Assembly: GCA_963205195.1 (NCBI GenBank)
Contig: CAUJHR010000020.1
Coordinates: forward strand, 29,589-93,588
Reading direction: 5' to 3'
DNA length: 64,000 nucleotides
Source: Pseudomonadota bacterium
Lineage (GTDB): Bacteria; Pseudomonadota; Alphaproteobacteria; Rickettsiales; SXRF01
Position numbers and translations under genes: made by a program. The notes beneath the pieces are model-generated. The model saw only the letters and a list, made by a program, of their open reading frames with translations. It had not been told where the DNA came from and ran no database searches. This document shows, piece after piece, positions 18,981 to 31,135 of this stretch (its first letter is position 1; the number at the start of each line of letters is the position of its first letter).

Positions 18981-20012
18981 ATGGATAAAAATAAAGCACT
19001 AGAAACTGCCCTCAGCCAGATCGAAAAAACCTTCGGCAAAGGCTCTATCATGAAGCTTGGCGATAATAAAATGGAAGCCATAGAAGCAACTTCTACAGGC
19101 TCTCTTGGGCTTGATATAGCACTTGGGGTCGGCGGCGTTCCGCGTGGGCGTATTATTGAAATATATGGCCCGGAAAGCTCAGGGAAAACCACCCTTACCC
19201 TGCATATCGTAGCTGAAGCACAGAAAAAAGGCGGAACCTGTGCGTTTGTCGATGCTGAACATGCGCTGGACCCAATCTATGCAAAAAAACTAGGCGTAAA
19301 TATTGATGAACTTCTCATTTCCCAGCCTGACACTGGTGAGCAGGCTCTTGAAATTGCTGATACACTGGTTCGCTCAGGAGCTATAGATGTAGTTATCGTA
19401 GATTCGGTTGCAGCGCTGGTGCCAAAGGCGGAACTTGACGGGGAAATGGGTGATTCACATATGGGTCTTCAGGCACGTCTTATGAGCCAGGCGCTTCGTA
19501 AACTTACCGGCTCAATATCGCGCACTAACTGCACCGTTATTTTCATCAACCAGATACGCCAGAAGATCGGCGTAATGTTTGGAAACCCTGAAACCACCAC
19601 AGGCGGCAACGCGCTTAAATTTTATGCTTCGGTGCGCCTCGATATACGCCGCATAGGGGCAATCAAGGATAAAGAAGAAGTCGTTGGCAACCAGACCCGC
19701 GTTAAAGTGGTAAAGAACAAGGTAGCGCCTCCATTCCGCATCGTTGAATTCGATATCATGTACGGCGAAGGCATCTCCAAAACCGGCGAGCTTATCGACC
19801 TCGGCGTGAAGGCGGGAATAGTAGAAAAATCCGGCTCGTGGTTCTCCTATAAAGACCAGCGTATCGGACAGGGCAAGGAAAATGCCAAGCAATTTTTGAA
19901 GGATAATTCCAAGATAGCCGATGAGATAGAAAAGAAGATCCGCGACAATGCCGGGGTGATCTCCAATGCGCTTAAAGGCGAAGTTTCCGAAACTGAAGCC
20001 GAGGATGCTTAA
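18981..20012 (+). CDS. recA: Recombinase RecA
   Basis: 343 aa. '[18 protein letters not shown]', the Walker A '[13 protein letters not shown]' and '[38 protein letters not shown]' are all RecA signatures. Confidence 0.97.
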   Translation: MDKNKALETALSQIEKTFGKGSIMKLGDNKMEAIEATSTGSLGLDIALGVGGVPRGRIIEIYGPESSGKTTLTLHIVAEAQKKGGTCAFVDAEHALDPIYAKKLGVNIDELLISQPDTGEQALEIADTLVRSGAIDVVIVDSVAALVPKAELDGEMGDSHMGLQARLMSQALRKLTGSISRTNCTVIFINQIRQKIGVMFGNPETTTGGNALKFYASVRLDIRRIGAIKDKEEVVGNQTRVKVVKNKVAPPFRIVEFDIMYGEGISKTGELIDLGVKAGIVEKSGSWFSYKDQRIGQGKENAKQFLKDNSKIADEIEKKIRDNAGVISNALKGEVSETEAEDA

Positions 20013-20042
20013 TTTTATCAACCTAAATTAATGGAGTAAGTC

Positions 20043-20306
20043 ATGCTTAAATACGCTTTATTTGCCAGTGCTGCCATCGTAGCTTTTACACCTGCCGCTT
20101 TTGCTGCAGGGAAAACCTACCAGGTAACCGGACCGGTTCTGGAACTTACCGACAGCAAAATAGTCGTGCAAAAAGGTGATGAAAAATGGGAAATTGCTCA
20201 TGATAAGGCGTCTGTGCCTGCGAGTGTAAAGGTAGGTAGCAAGGTTACAATTGAATACACTATGACCGCAGTTAAAGTTAACGATAAAGGTGCTGAAAAG
20301 AAATAA
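20043..20306 (+). CDS. Small secreted/periplasmic protein of unknown function
   Basis: 87 aa with a signal peptide (…TPAAFAAGK) and a GGAG SD upstream. A clean intrinsic terminator follows it. Confidence 0.6.
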   Translation: MLKYALFASAAIVAFTPAAFAAGKTYQVTGPVLELTDSKIVVQKGDEKWEIAHDKASVPASVKVGSKVTIEYTMTAVKVNDKGAEKK

Positions 20307-20326
20307 TTTAGCTAATCTAAAGCCTT

Positions 20327-20361
20327 AAAACATGCGGCCTTGCAAGGCCGCATGTTTTTTT
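20327..20361 (+). terminator. Rho-independent terminator
   Basis: The stem CATGCGGCC/GGCCGCATG (20331-20339 / 20346-20354) has loop TTGCAA. It is flanked by AAAA upstream and a T-run at 20355-20361. Confidence 0.75.
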
Positions 20362-20378
20362 GTAAAGTGAATCTACTT

Positions 20379-23126
20379 ATGAACAAAAAAACAAATAATT
20401 CAGTTTCAGACATCCGCGCTGGCTTCCTCGATTTTTTTGCCAAAAACGGGCATGAAGTGCGGCCAAGCGGTTCGCTGGTGCCGCATAACGACCCCACTCT
20501 CATGTTTGCCAATGCTGGTATGAACCAGTTTAAAAACGTATTCACCGGCGTTGAAAAACTGCCTTTTACCCGCGCTGCCACTTCACAAAAATGCGTGCGC
20601 GCAGGCGGAAAACATAACGACCTTGACAATGTGGGATACACTGCCCGCCACCATACATTTTTTGAAATGCTTGGTAATTTTTCCTTCGGGGATTATTTCA
20701 AGGAAACCGCGATAGAACTGGCTTGGAAACTTCTTACCGGGGATTTCGGGCTGAACAAAGATAAGTTATATGTAACCGTTTATCACACCGATGATGAGGC
20801 GTTCGGAATCTGGAAAAAAATAACCGGCTTTCCTGATAGCAAGATCATCCGCATCGCAACCAATGATAATTTCTGGTCAATGGGTGATACCGGCCCGTGC
20901 GGTCCCTGCTCTGAGATTTTTTACGACCACGGCGACAAAATCCCCGGTGGGCTCCCAGGAACCGCCGACGCTGACGGTGACCGCTACATAGAGATATGGA
21001 ACCTGGTGTTCATGCAATATGAGCAATTGGCTGGCGGCCAGCGGATCTCACTTCCAAAACCATCAATTGATACCGGCATGGGACTGGAGCGTATTTCAGC
21101 GGTGATGCAGGGCGTGCATGATAATTATGATATTGACCTGTTCAGGCATTTGATAGAAGCATCGAAAAGCTATTCGGGCAATTCCGGGCATGAAACTTCG
21201 CACCGGGTGATCGCCGACCATCTGCGCTCCAGCTGTTTCCTGATGGCTGACGGGGTGCTGCCTTCCAATGAAGGGCGTGGTTATGTTCTTCGCCGCATCA
21301 TGCGCCGGGCAATGCGCCACGCTCACCAGCTTGGCTGCAAAGACCCGCTTATGTATAAACTGGTGTCTGCACTGATAGCTGAAATGGGAGCGCAATATCC
21401 AGAACTTGGCCGTGCAGAAGCCACCATCACCGAGAATCTTAGGGCAGAAGAAGAGCGCTTCAAACAGACTCTTGAACGCGGTCTAAAACTGCTGGACGAG
21501 GAAACTGAAAAACTGGCAAAAGGCCAGAGGCTGGCGGGAGAAGCTGCTTTTAAGCTCTATGATACTTATGGATTTCCACTTGACCTGACGCAGGATATTT
21601 TACGCACGCGTGGGCTGGAAGTTGATACTGACGGCTTCGAAAAATCCATGGAAGGGCAGCGCGAAATGGCGCGAGCGGCATGGAGTGGTTCTGGTGAAAA
21701 AGCGGTTGGCAATTTATGGTTTTCGCTTAAGGAAAAATACGGCGCTGTTAAATTCCTCGGCTACGATCAGGAAAGCGCGGAAGGTACAATTTTATCTATT
21801 GTGAAAGATGGTGCAGAAGTAAAAACGGCAAATGCCGGGGATAAAGTTTTTATTATCCTCGACCAAACGCCTTTTTATGGTGAATCTGGCGGACAGGTTG
21901 GCGATATCGGCGAGTTTTCGGGAATTGCTAGCATATCGACCACCAGCAAACCGCTGGATGATTTTTTTGTGCATGAGGCGACGCTTCTCAAGCCAATAAA
22001 AATCGGCGATAAGGTCAATGCACAAATTGATGTGGCCAACCGCGACTCGATACGCTCCAATCACTCGGCAACACATCTGCTACATAAGGCTCTGCGCGAT
22101 GTTCTTGGCGATCATGTTACGCAAAAAGGCTCGCTGGTTGATGGCAGCCGCCTGCGCTTTGATTTCAGCAATAATAAAGCGGTTGCGCGTGAGGAAATTA
22201 CAGAAATTGAGCGCCGGGTGAATGAGGTTGTTACTCGCGGCGGGCCGGTTGAATGCAAAGTTATGTCGCCGGATGATGCAATAAAAGCCGGAGCGATGGC
22301 TCTATTCGGTGAAAAATACGGCGATAAGGTGCGCGTGCTGGGCATAGGAAAAAATGCCGACGGCGGCAATTATTCAGTGGAGCTTTGCGGAGGAACCCAT
22401 GCGCGCAATGTGGCTGATATAGGCCTGTTCAAAATAACTTCGGAAGGCTCAGTTGCAGCCGGAATACGGCGTATTGAAGCAGTTACCGGGGATGCTGTGC
22501 TTAGCTATATGGACGGTGAACTCGCAAAACAATATGAGCAGTTGCAGAAACTGGAGCAAACCCGCGCAGGATTGATTGATGAACTTAAAAAAATGTCGGT
22601 GAATAACCCGGCACGGCCAGCCAGCGCTGCGCCCCAGTGGGTGGCAAATTCCAAACTTAAAGATGCGGATAGCATTTACAGCCGCGAATCCGTGCGGCAG
22701 GAAGCAGTTATTACGGCGCTGCTTGAGGAAAACAAAAAGCTGAACAAGCAGCTTGCCGAAGCCAAGAAGCAGGCCGCTATGGGTGATAGCGGGGATGTAA
22801 CAGCGAAGCAGGTTGGCGGCTATAACTTCATCGCCAAAAATTTTGACGGGCTTGATCCGAAGGAACTGCGGGCTGTTGCCGAAAACTATAGCAAACAGGC
22901 ACAGATTGCTGTAGTATCCACGGTGATCGAAGGAAAAGTTTCAATAGTCGTCGCGGTGGAAAAAACCGCTTCGGCAAAAATAAGCGCGGTTACTTTAGTG
23001 CAGGCAGCGGTTGCCGAACTGGGCGGCAAAGGCGGAGGCGGCAGGCCGGATATGGCGCAGGGCGGCGGAACTGATGCGGATGCGCTTAGCAAAGCAATTG
23101 AAAAAATAAAATCGTTGATAGGATAA
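20379..23126 (+). CDS. alaS: Alanine--tRNA ligase AlaS
   Basis: It has '[10 protein letters not shown]', '[18 protein letters not shown]', 'WNLVFMQY', the editing-domain 'HSATHLLH' and the C-terminal DHHA1 '[16 protein letters not shown]'. The ORF-track start at 20340 lies inside the upstream terminator hairpin, so I call the ATG at 20379 (MNKKTNN…). Confidence 0.95.
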   Translation: MNKKTNNSVSDIRAGFLDFFAKNGHEVRPSGSLVPHNDPTLMFANAGMNQFKNVFTGVEKLPFTRAATSQKCVRAGGKHNDLDNVGYTARHHTFFEMLGNFSFGDYFKETAIELAWKLLTGDFGLNKDKLYVTVYHTDDEAFGIWKKITGFPDSKIIRIATNDNFWSMGDTGPCGPCSEIFYDHGDKIPGGLPGTADADGDRYIEIWNLVFMQYEQLAGGQRISLPKPSIDTGMGLERISAVMQGVHDNYDIDLFRHLIEASKSYSGNSGHETSHRVIADHLRSSCFLMADGVLPSNEGRGYVLRRIMRRAMRHAHQLGCKDPLMYKLVSALIAEMGAQYPELGRAEATITENLRAEEERFKQTLERGLKLLDEETEKLAKGQRLAGEAAFKLYDTYGFPLDLTQDILRTRGLEVDTDGFEKSMEGQREMARAAWSGSGEKAVGNLWFSLKEKYGAVKFLGYDQESAEGTILSIVKDGAEVKTANAGDKVFIILDQTPFYGESGGQVGDIGEFSGIASISTTSKPLDDFFVHEATLLKPIKIGDKVNAQIDVANRDSIRSNHSATHLLHKALRDVLGDHVTQKGSLVDGSRLRFDFSNNKAVAREEITEIERRVNEVVTRGGPVECKVMSPDDAIKAGAMALFGEKYGDKVRVLGIGKNADGGNYSVELCGGTHARNVADIGLFKITSEGSVAAGIRRIEAVTGDAVLSYMDGELAKQYEQLQKLEQTRAGLIDELKKMSVNNPARPASAAPQWVANSKLKDADSIYSRESVRQEAVITALLEENKKLNKQLAEAKKQAAMGDSGDVTAKQVGGYNFIAKNFDGLDPKELRAVAENYSKQAQIAVVSTVIEGKVSIVVAVEKTASAKISAVTLVQAAVAELGGKGGGGRPDMAQGGGTDADALSKAIEKIKSLIG

Positions 23127-25031
<1,905 letters not shown>

Positions 25032-25036
25032 TGTTT

Positions 25037-25125
25037 CATTCTGTCATCCCGACGCAGGCCGGGATCTCTTTATATACTAGCGCAAAATCATATAGAGATT
25101 CCCGCCTGCGCGGGAATGACAATGT
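25037..25125. repeat. Composite palindromic (REP/RPE/MITE-like) element filling the thiC-downstream intergenic region
   Basis: The left arm is TGTCATCCCGACGCAGGCCGGGATCTC (25042-25068). The right arm is GAGATTCCCGCCTGCGCGGGAATGACA (25095-25121), whose reverse complement is TGTCATTCCCGCGCAGGCGGGAATCTC. Each arm is itself a small hairpin. The antisense translation gives the 'SFPRRRES' type of peptide typical of such repeats. Confidence 0.75.
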
Positions 25126-25134
25126 ATCTGCCTC

Positions 25135-26196
25135 ATGACCAATACTGACGTTCTCATAGCTGGCGGGGGGTTTGCGGGGTTGGAGTGCGCCCGCGCGCTT
25201 GCGGCATTGGGTGTTAGCGTTACTGTCCTTGAGCGCAAGAAAGTTGCGGGACAAGGGATGCACACAACCGGGATTATCGTCGGTGAATGCGCCGAGGAAT
25301 TTTCCCTGCCGGAAAGCGTCACGCGCAAGGTCACTGATGTGCGCCTGTTCGCGCCCAACCTTAAATATATCGACCTGCAAGCGCCGGATTATTTTTTTCT
25401 GACCACCGATACCCCTGCCCTGATGAAGCATTTATCGGATGAAGCTGAAAAAGCGGGTGCGAATATCATGTATGATACGGCTTATGAAAATGCTGTGCAG
25501 GACGGCGAAAATATCTTGGTAAATGACGGCGCATATAGCTGTAAATTCTTGATCGGGGCGGATGGTCCGCGCTCAAAAGTCGCCGATCATTTTAGCCTTG
25601 GGCAGAACACAAAATTCCTGTTGGGCGCGGAAGCTGAATATGAAGGGCTGGATCTGCCGCAAAATAGCTTTTACTGCTTCCTCGACCAGATGCAGGCTTA
25701 TGGATATTTAGGCTGGGTGATACCAAGCGTTGGAGTTACGCAAGTGGGGCTTGCCTGCAGTATGCCAAAACGCCCGGACATTGACGCATTTGTGGCCAGA
25801 ATGAAAGGCGTGGTTGATTTTTCGCAGGCGAAAGTGGTGGCGCGGCGCGGCGGGCTTATTCCGGTTGGCGGGCTGGTTTCGCCATTTGCGCGGGGAAATG
25901 TGATACTGCTTGGCGACTCGGCGGGAATAGTGTCGCCGCTTACGGCTGGGGGTATACACACAGCGCTGCATTACGGAAAAATTCTTGGCGAAACTATCGC
26001 AAAAAATTTACGCGAAAACGGCGATCATCCCGCAAACGTAATGGCAAAGATCTATCCGCGTTTTTATTTGAAACAGGGCTTGCGGAAAATATACGAGCAT
26101 CTCTCACCGAACTGGCTGCTGAACGCTTCACTTACCAACCCACTATTTAAATTTTGTGCAAGCAACGTATTTTTCAAGAGAAAGCAGTTGCGTTAA
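25135..26196 (+). CDS. FAD-dependent oxidoreductase, geranylgeranyl reductase family
   Basis: 353 aa with the N-terminal dinucleotide fold 'DVLIAGGGFAGLECARALAALGVSVTVLERKK', 'LIGADGPRS' and 'LLGDSAGIVSPLTAGGIHTAL'. Confidence 0.75.
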   Translation: MTNTDVLIAGGGFAGLECARALAALGVSVTVLERKKVAGQGMHTTGIIVGECAEEFSLPESVTRKVTDVRLFAPNLKYIDLQAPDYFFLTTDTPALMKHLSDEAEKAGANIMYDTAYENAVQDGENILVNDGAYSCKFLIGADGPRSKVADHFSLGQNTKFLLGAEAEYEGLDLPQNSFYCFLDQMQAYGYLGWVIPSVGVTQVGLACSMPKRPDIDAFVARMKGVVDFSQAKVVARRGGLIPVGGLVSPFARGNVILLGDSAGIVSPLTAGGIHTALHYGKILGETIAKNLRENGDHPANVMAKIYPRFYLKQGLRKIYEHLSPNWLLNASLTNPLFKFCASNVFFKRKQLR

Positions 26197-26341
26197 AAAT
26201 AAGTGAATAGATATGCAAAATTCTTGTAGCTTCACATAAGTTTTTCTTATAGATTATTTGCTAATATCGCACTAACTCAAGTAATGATGTTAATGCTTTG
26301 TTTCCAAGATAACGAAAAATTAATCAGTCAGGAGAGTGAAT

Positions 26342-27112
26342 ATGTTCCGTCGCAAAGAAGAAGGGCTATTTGATAGCGATACCGACCAAGACCAGATACA
26401 TGACGAAGCCACAAATGAGGAAAAATCAATGAGCCAGCCTACTTCGAATGCAAGTTTCAACAGCACAAGCACTTCAAATTCTTCTTCCACCGCTTCCGCG
26501 ACACCTTCATCACCTGCTTCGGCGCAAAACAACATGCAGCCAGCAGCTCCTATAACACGCCCTAACTCTGCGCCGCCAACTGCAAATTCTTTCCGCCCGG
26601 CAGCTGCGACTCCTCCAGCAGCTGACCTTACACGCGGGCGCATGCCTGATGCTAAACAGGCTACACCAAGCGTAACCTCTACCTTTGCCACCCCTCTTCC
26701 TATTGGCGGCGATAAATCAAAATCGGTTAAACGGGTGCTTACCGTTGGCAACGATATATTGCTCAAAGGTGAAATTGCTACCTGTGACCGCCTTGTTATC
26801 GAAGGCAAGGTAGATGCCACTCTTAACGATGTCCACACTGTTGAAATTGCTGAATGCGGCTCTTTCAAAGGCTCCGCCTCAATAGAGGATGCTGAAATTA
26901 GCGGTCTTTTTGAAGGTGACCTGACTGTGCGCGGACGCCTCGTTATTTACGCAACCGGGAAGGTGCGCGGCAAAATATCCTATGGCGAGATTGAAATTGA
27001 GCGCGGCGGCGAACTTACTGGTGAAATCAAAATCGCCGGGGCTTCTGCAGTTAATGCCCGCCCGATCAACCGTAGCGCCTCTGCTAAGGAAGACAACCGG
27101 GTAGCAGCATAA
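26342..27112 (+). CDS. Bactofilin-family cytoskeletal protein with a long S/T/P/A-rich N-terminal region
   Basis: The C-terminal segment 'LLKGEIATCDRLVIEGKVDATLNDVHTVEIAECGSFKGSASIEDAEISGLFEGDLTVRGRLVIYATGKVRGKISYGEIEIERGGELTGEI' is a bactofilin (DUF583) beta-helix. I prefer the ATG at 26342, which has AGGAGAG upstream, over the GTG at 26336. Confidence 0.8.
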   Translation: MFRRKEEGLFDSDTDQDQIHDEATNEEKSMSQPTSNASFNSTSTSNSSSTASATPSSPASAQNNMQPAAPITRPNSAPPTANSFRPAAATPPAADLTRGRMPDAKQATPSVTSTFATPLPIGGDKSKSVKRVLTVGNDILLKGEIATCDRLVIEGKVDATLNDVHTVEIAECGSFKGSASIEDAEISGLFEGDLTVRGRLVIYATGKVRGKISYGEIEIERGGELTGEIKIAGASAVNARPINRSASAKEDNRVAA

Positions 27113-27130
27113 CATATTGTTTTTAATGAC

Positions 27131-27170
27131 AAAGCCCGTCCATTGACAATTCTTTGGGCGGGCTTTCTTA
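27131..27170 (+). terminator. Candidate intrinsic terminator after the bactofilin gene
   Basis: There is a 12-bp stem AAAGCCCGTCCA/TGGGCGGGCTTT with one G:U pair (27131-27142 / 27155-27166). The trailing T-tract is weak (CTTA). Confidence 0.45.
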
Positions 27171-27265
27171 CAGAAATATAATTGTCATTAAATTGTCATA
27201 CAAATTGCAGATAAATACTTTATCATAAACGATATATAGATTTATTTAGAGCAATTGGGATTGTT

Positions 27266-27802
27266 ATGAGTACACAACAAAAAGAATATTCAATGGACGA
27301 TTATAAAGCCGCTTATAACGATATAACCGGGCTTTGCGATGCTGCCGAAGAGCTGCTTTCAACTGTTGAAAATCCGGCAGTTAAAGACCCGCAAGCACAT
27401 CTTGACATGATCGAGCCGCTTATTAATGAAATTGCTGATGCATCTGATGTACTTGCCGAAGAATTTTTACTGGTGGCAGAAAGCAAGAAAAACCGCAGCG
27501 CTAACAAATTCAGCAAAAAGCGTATTGAAGCAGCCTTACGCCGCATTACCAGCACAATTAGCGAATATCAGGATAATGCAAAAAATATTGCAAAGAAATC
27601 CGGCAATATTGCCGTTGCCCTTACAACACCTATTATCAAGAAAATCCAGCTACAGCTTGATAAAGTAATAGCGATATTTTTAGAACTCTGCCAGATATCA
27701 CTACAAAGCATCATGAGCAAAGCAGAACTGGACGCACTACGTTCACGCGATAGCCGCATAGCACTGATGATGCACCAGTTTAGTGTTTCCCAGCATAGTT
27801 AA
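27266..27802 (+). CDS. Hypothetical all-helical protein
   Basis: 178 aa with a charged, helix-like composition. I recognise no motif. Confidence 0.5.
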   Translation: MSTQQKEYSMDDYKAAYNDITGLCDAAEELLSTVENPAVKDPQAHLDMIEPLINEIADASDVLAEEFLLVAESKKNRSANKFSKKRIEAALRRITSTISEYQDNAKNIAKKSGNIAVALTTPIIKKIQLQLDKVIAIFLELCQISLQSIMSKAELDALRSRDSRIALMMHQFSVSQHS

Positions 27803-27872
27803 GTAAATTCTAACAATAATTCCGTATACAGCAAAATGAATTGCTATATGCGGGACAGGGAATTTTGCATCT

Positions 27873-29063
27873 ATGGTCAAGGATTTTGACGCTGTTATTG
27901 TTGGCGCTGGATTAGTGGGTATGAGCATGGCTTTGTCCCTTGCCAAAACGGGACTAAAAATTGCCGTAATCGAAAGAACAAAAATAAGCAGCCAGCTCGA
28001 TGCTGAATTTGATGGCCGGGTAAGTGCTATTGCCCTTGGATCACAGTATATTTTAGACGACATAGGCGCATGGGAATTCATGCAACTATACGCGGAACCG
28101 ATCCTTGATATACGTGTAAGTGATGGCGCAACTCCATTTTTCCTACATTACGACCACAAGGAAGTTGGAAAAAACCCATTTGGTTATATTATTGAGAACC
28201 GTTATACACGTTATGCACTTCATCAAGCAGCAGCCCTGCTTCCAAATATAACGCTTATAGAAAATTTTAAAATCAAAACACTATTTCAGAACCAGTATAA
28301 CGCAAGCATTACCAGGGATAATGGTGAATCAATAACTGCATCCCTTATAATCGCAGCTGACGGAAAAAATTCGCAAATACGTGAATTGGCTGGGATAAAG
28401 GCAACGCACTGGGACTATAAGCAGACTGCAATTGTATGCACAATAGAACATAGCCTTGCACATAATGGGCTAGCGCAGGAGAGATTTTTACCGATAGGCC
28501 CTTTTGCCGTCCTGCCAATGACAGGAAACCGATCATCACTGGTTTGGGTTGAACCAAATGACAGGGTAAAAATCTATATGGATTTACCAGAAGATGAGTT
28601 CGTTCAGGAAATTACAGAGCGCATAGGCGGCTATCTTGGAGATATACGCACAAGTGGAAAAAGATTTTCCTACCCGCTATCTATGCTCCATGCAAAAAAA
28701 TACAGCGCACAAAGAATAGCTTTTATCGGTGATGCTGCCCACAGCATACACCCTATAGCCGGACAAGGTGTAAACCTGGGGTTCAGGGATGTTGCAACAT
28801 TAGGAGAACTTATAAGAAAGCAATATAAATGCGGTCTTGATATTGGGGCGGAAAATATCCTGTCCGATTACGAAAAATTGAGAGCAGTTGATAATTTATC
28901 CATGATCGCAATAACTGACCTACTTAATAGATTATTTTCTAATAACATTTTACCAATTCGTACAGCCAGGGATATTGGCTTATGGACAGTTGGAAAATTG
29001 CCGGTTGTAAAAAGGATATTCATGCACCATGCGATGGGTATAAAAAAGGTCGGAAATGCTTAG
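27873..29063 (+). CDS. UbiH/UbiF/VisC/COQ6-family FAD-dependent ubiquinone biosynthesis hydroxylase
   Basis: 396 aa with 'FDAVIVGAGLVGMSMALSLAKTGLKIAVIE', 'IIAADGKNSQIR' and 'FIGDAAHSIHPIAGQGVNLGFRDV'. Confidence 0.85.
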   Translation: MVKDFDAVIVGAGLVGMSMALSLAKTGLKIAVIERTKISSQLDAEFDGRVSAIALGSQYILDDIGAWEFMQLYAEPILDIRVSDGATPFFLHYDHKEVGKNPFGYIIENRYTRYALHQAAALLPNITLIENFKIKTLFQNQYNASITRDNGESITASLIIAADGKNSQIRELAGIKATHWDYKQTAIVCTIEHSLAHNGLAQERFLPIGPFAVLPMTGNRSSLVWVEPNDRVKIYMDLPEDEFVQEITERIGGYLGDIRTSGKRFSYPLSMLHAKKYSAQRIAFIGDAAHSIHPIAGQGVNLGFRDVATLGELIRKQYKCGLDIGAENILSDYEKLRAVDNLSMIAITDLLNRLFSNNILPIRTARDIGLWTVGKLPVVKRIFMHHAMGIKKVGNA

Positions 29064-29116
29064 AAACCAACATAAATACGCTTGCACCTCGAAACAAGAA
29101 AAGTTATATTAAACAC

Positions 29117-29797
29117 ATGAAGATGTTAAAGTTTCTGATAATTATATGTGGTTTTCTATGCCTGCCTTTTCAGGCATCTGCCCAAACTGGCTCATCTGCC
29201 CCCCATCAACTTCTTGTTGTTGTATATGGTGATATTTTAACTTCTACAAATTACCTGCCGCATGACCAGACATTCCCTTATCAATTGGAAAAGAGGCTTA
29301 GAATTACAGGATTTGAGGTTAAAGTAGTAGCCATGGGGGATCCTGAATTCACCACTTCAACTGCCCTTGAAAGAATTGATAATTTGATAGGCAGGGCTCC
29401 TGACCTGGTTATTGTGCAGCTTGGCGAAACCGATATGAAGCGCGGGTTCAGCCATGTAGGATTTTATGATAACCTTTTAAGGATAATCCAGGCACTTAAA
29501 AAGAACGGCATCTATACCATTGTTATGGGAACAAAATCACCTAGCTTTAACGGTGCTGAATATGTAGATAAAATTGATACTTATTTTAAAAGAATATCTG
29601 CAAATACGCCTGTTTACCCATATACGCTTACAGGGATTTCAGGGGTACCAGATATGACTATGGGCGATAATTACCGCCCCAACGCTAACGGTGTTACAAC
29701 TATGGTTAATGGAGTATATGGGATGGTTGATACCGGGCTACGCTGGAAACTTGACATGATCAATAAAATACGCCTGCAGCAGCGGCAAAAACGCTGA
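29117..29797 (+). CDS. Secreted TesA/SGNH-hydrolase-like protein lacking the catalytic Ser, Asn and His (probable pseudoenzyme)
   Basis: The start is taken at MKMLKFLIIICGFLCLPFQASA (signal peptide). The upstream part of ORF 28982 overlaps the ubiH-like gene. It aligns block by block with E. coli TesA as I recall it: GDSL->GDIL, GGND->GETD, DDGIHPN->GDNYRPN. Confidence 0.6.
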   Translation: MKMLKFLIIICGFLCLPFQASAQTGSSAPHQLLVVVYGDILTSTNYLPHDQTFPYQLEKRLRITGFEVKVVAMGDPEFTTSTALERIDNLIGRAPDLVIVQLGETDMKRGFSHVGFYDNLLRIIQALKKNGIYTIVMGTKSPSFNGAEYVDKIDTYFKRISANTPVYPYTLTGISGVPDMTMGDNYRPNANGVTTMVNGVYGMVDTGLRWKLDMINKIRLQQRQKR

Positions 29798-29964
29798 TCG
29801 AATCAGTTTAATAAAATTACCCGTAATTTATTTAAAATTATACCAGTATATTATACATATTATTAATAATATTCAGCAAACTGCGTTATTTTATTCACCT
29901 CTTTTTAATTTTTAAATGCTACTATTTAAGCGTATGAATAGCATATTCTTATCTATGGCATTAT

Positions 29965-30531
29965 GTGTTTTTAATAACCAGAAAATACAAAAGGAAATTT
30001 GTAAGTGACAATGATGGCGTCACAGCCGTAGAATTTGCGCTGATTGCACCTGTTTTCGTACTTTTATTAATGGGAATAATAGAATTTTCCCTGATAATGT
30101 TTGTCAGCAGTACTATAGAAGGTGCAACTGCCGCCAGCGGGCGCTATGGAAAAACGGGATACACAGCATATGGAAGCAGCAGGCAACAACAGATCATCGC
30201 AACTGTAGCAGCCAGGACAAATGGGCTGCTTGACCCCAGCCTTATAACGGTTACTACTACAGTATATCCTTCTTTCGACTCAATCAGTAAGGATGAGCCG
30301 TATATCGACACTAATCATAACGGTACACATGACCTAGGTGAAGCCTATACCGATGTAAACCATAATGGCCAATGGGACAGCTCTGGCGTTTCCGGCCTTG
30401 GCAACGCGAATGATATTGTAGTTTATACAGTAAGCTATCCGTGGGCTATAAATACACCGCTGATAGGAAGTTTTTTTGGTAATCCATATATAATTTCCAG
30501 CCGCACCGTTGTAAAAAATGAGCCTTACTGA
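29965..30531 (+). CDS. tadE: TadE-like pilus assembly (pseudopilin) protein
   Basis: 188 aa. 'GVTAVEFALIAPVFVLLLMGIIEFSLIMF' is the TadE-like N-terminal motif. It has a GTG start, as there is no in-frame ATG. Confidence 0.7.
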   Translation: MFLITRKYKRKFVSDNDGVTAVEFALIAPVFVLLLMGIIEFSLIMFVSSTIEGATAASGRYGKTGYTAYGSSRQQQIIATVAARTNGLLDPSLITVTTTVYPSFDSISKDEPYIDTNHNGTHDLGEAYTDVNHNGQWDSSGVSGLGNANDIVVYTVSYPWAINTPLIGSFFGNPYIISSRTVVKNEPY

Positions 30532-31135
30532 TATGAAAAAAATAAATTATATGTTTTGGAGATTATTTAAAAACCAAAAGGGACTGGCTGCGGTTGAATT
30601 CGCGCTTGCCCTGCCGCTAATGATTATTCTTACTTTTGGTTCAATAGAGGTTACTTTATACATCCTAATAAGCCAGAAAGTGGAACGGGTTTCCATTAAT
30701 TTATCCGACCTTGTCGCACAATCCACCACAATAAATACGACACAGCTTGATGAAATAATAAAGGCGGCAAGCCAAGTAATGCTTCCTTATAATTTTGGGG
30801 CAGATGGCTATGCTGTAATATCGTCAGTTACAAAAACAGGCACCAATGCCCCTGTTGTGAACTGGCAATATGTAAGCTCAGGCACGGCACAAACAAGCAA
30901 GATAGGTGTAGTAGGAAGCAACGCTACTTTGCCGTCGGGCTTTACTATGGTTGATAAGGATAACGTAATAATAACTGAAGTTTTTTATAATTATAAACCG
31001 ATACTCTCCGGCACTATCTATAGCAGCAGCCAGATATACCGCTACAGTATCTACAAACCAAGACTTGGTAACCTGACCACCCTTAGCTGGATTTTTCCTG
31101 ACCGGGAAACAAGGAGGCAATTATGTTTAAGCTAA
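30518..31135 (+). CDS. Second TadE/TadF-like pilus assembly protein
   Basis: 205 aa with the motif 'GLAAVEFALALPLMIILTFGSIEVTLYIL'. It overlaps both neighbours. Confidence 0.7.
   Translation: MSLTDMKKINYMFWRLFKNQKGLAAVEFALALPLMIILTFGSIEVTLYILISQKVERVSINLSDLVAQSTTINTTQLDEIIKAASQVMLPYNFGADGYAVISSVTKTGTNAPVVNWQYVSSGTAQTSKIGVVGSNATLPSGFTMVDKDNVIITEVFYNYKPILSGTIYSSSQIYRYSIYKPRLGNLTTLSWIFPDRETRRQLCLS

Noticed and set aside
20340-20378. N-terminal extension of alaS ([13 protein letters not shown]…)
   Set aside because: These codons are the 3' half and T-tract of the upstream terminator hairpin. The conserved AlaS N-terminus begins after the ATG at 20379.
25036-25431. 131-aa minus-strand ORF ending in …SFPRRRESLYDFALVYKEIPACVGMTE
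   Set aside because: Its 3' part is the translation of the palindromic repeat, and the rest is antisense to the FAD oxidoreductase gene.
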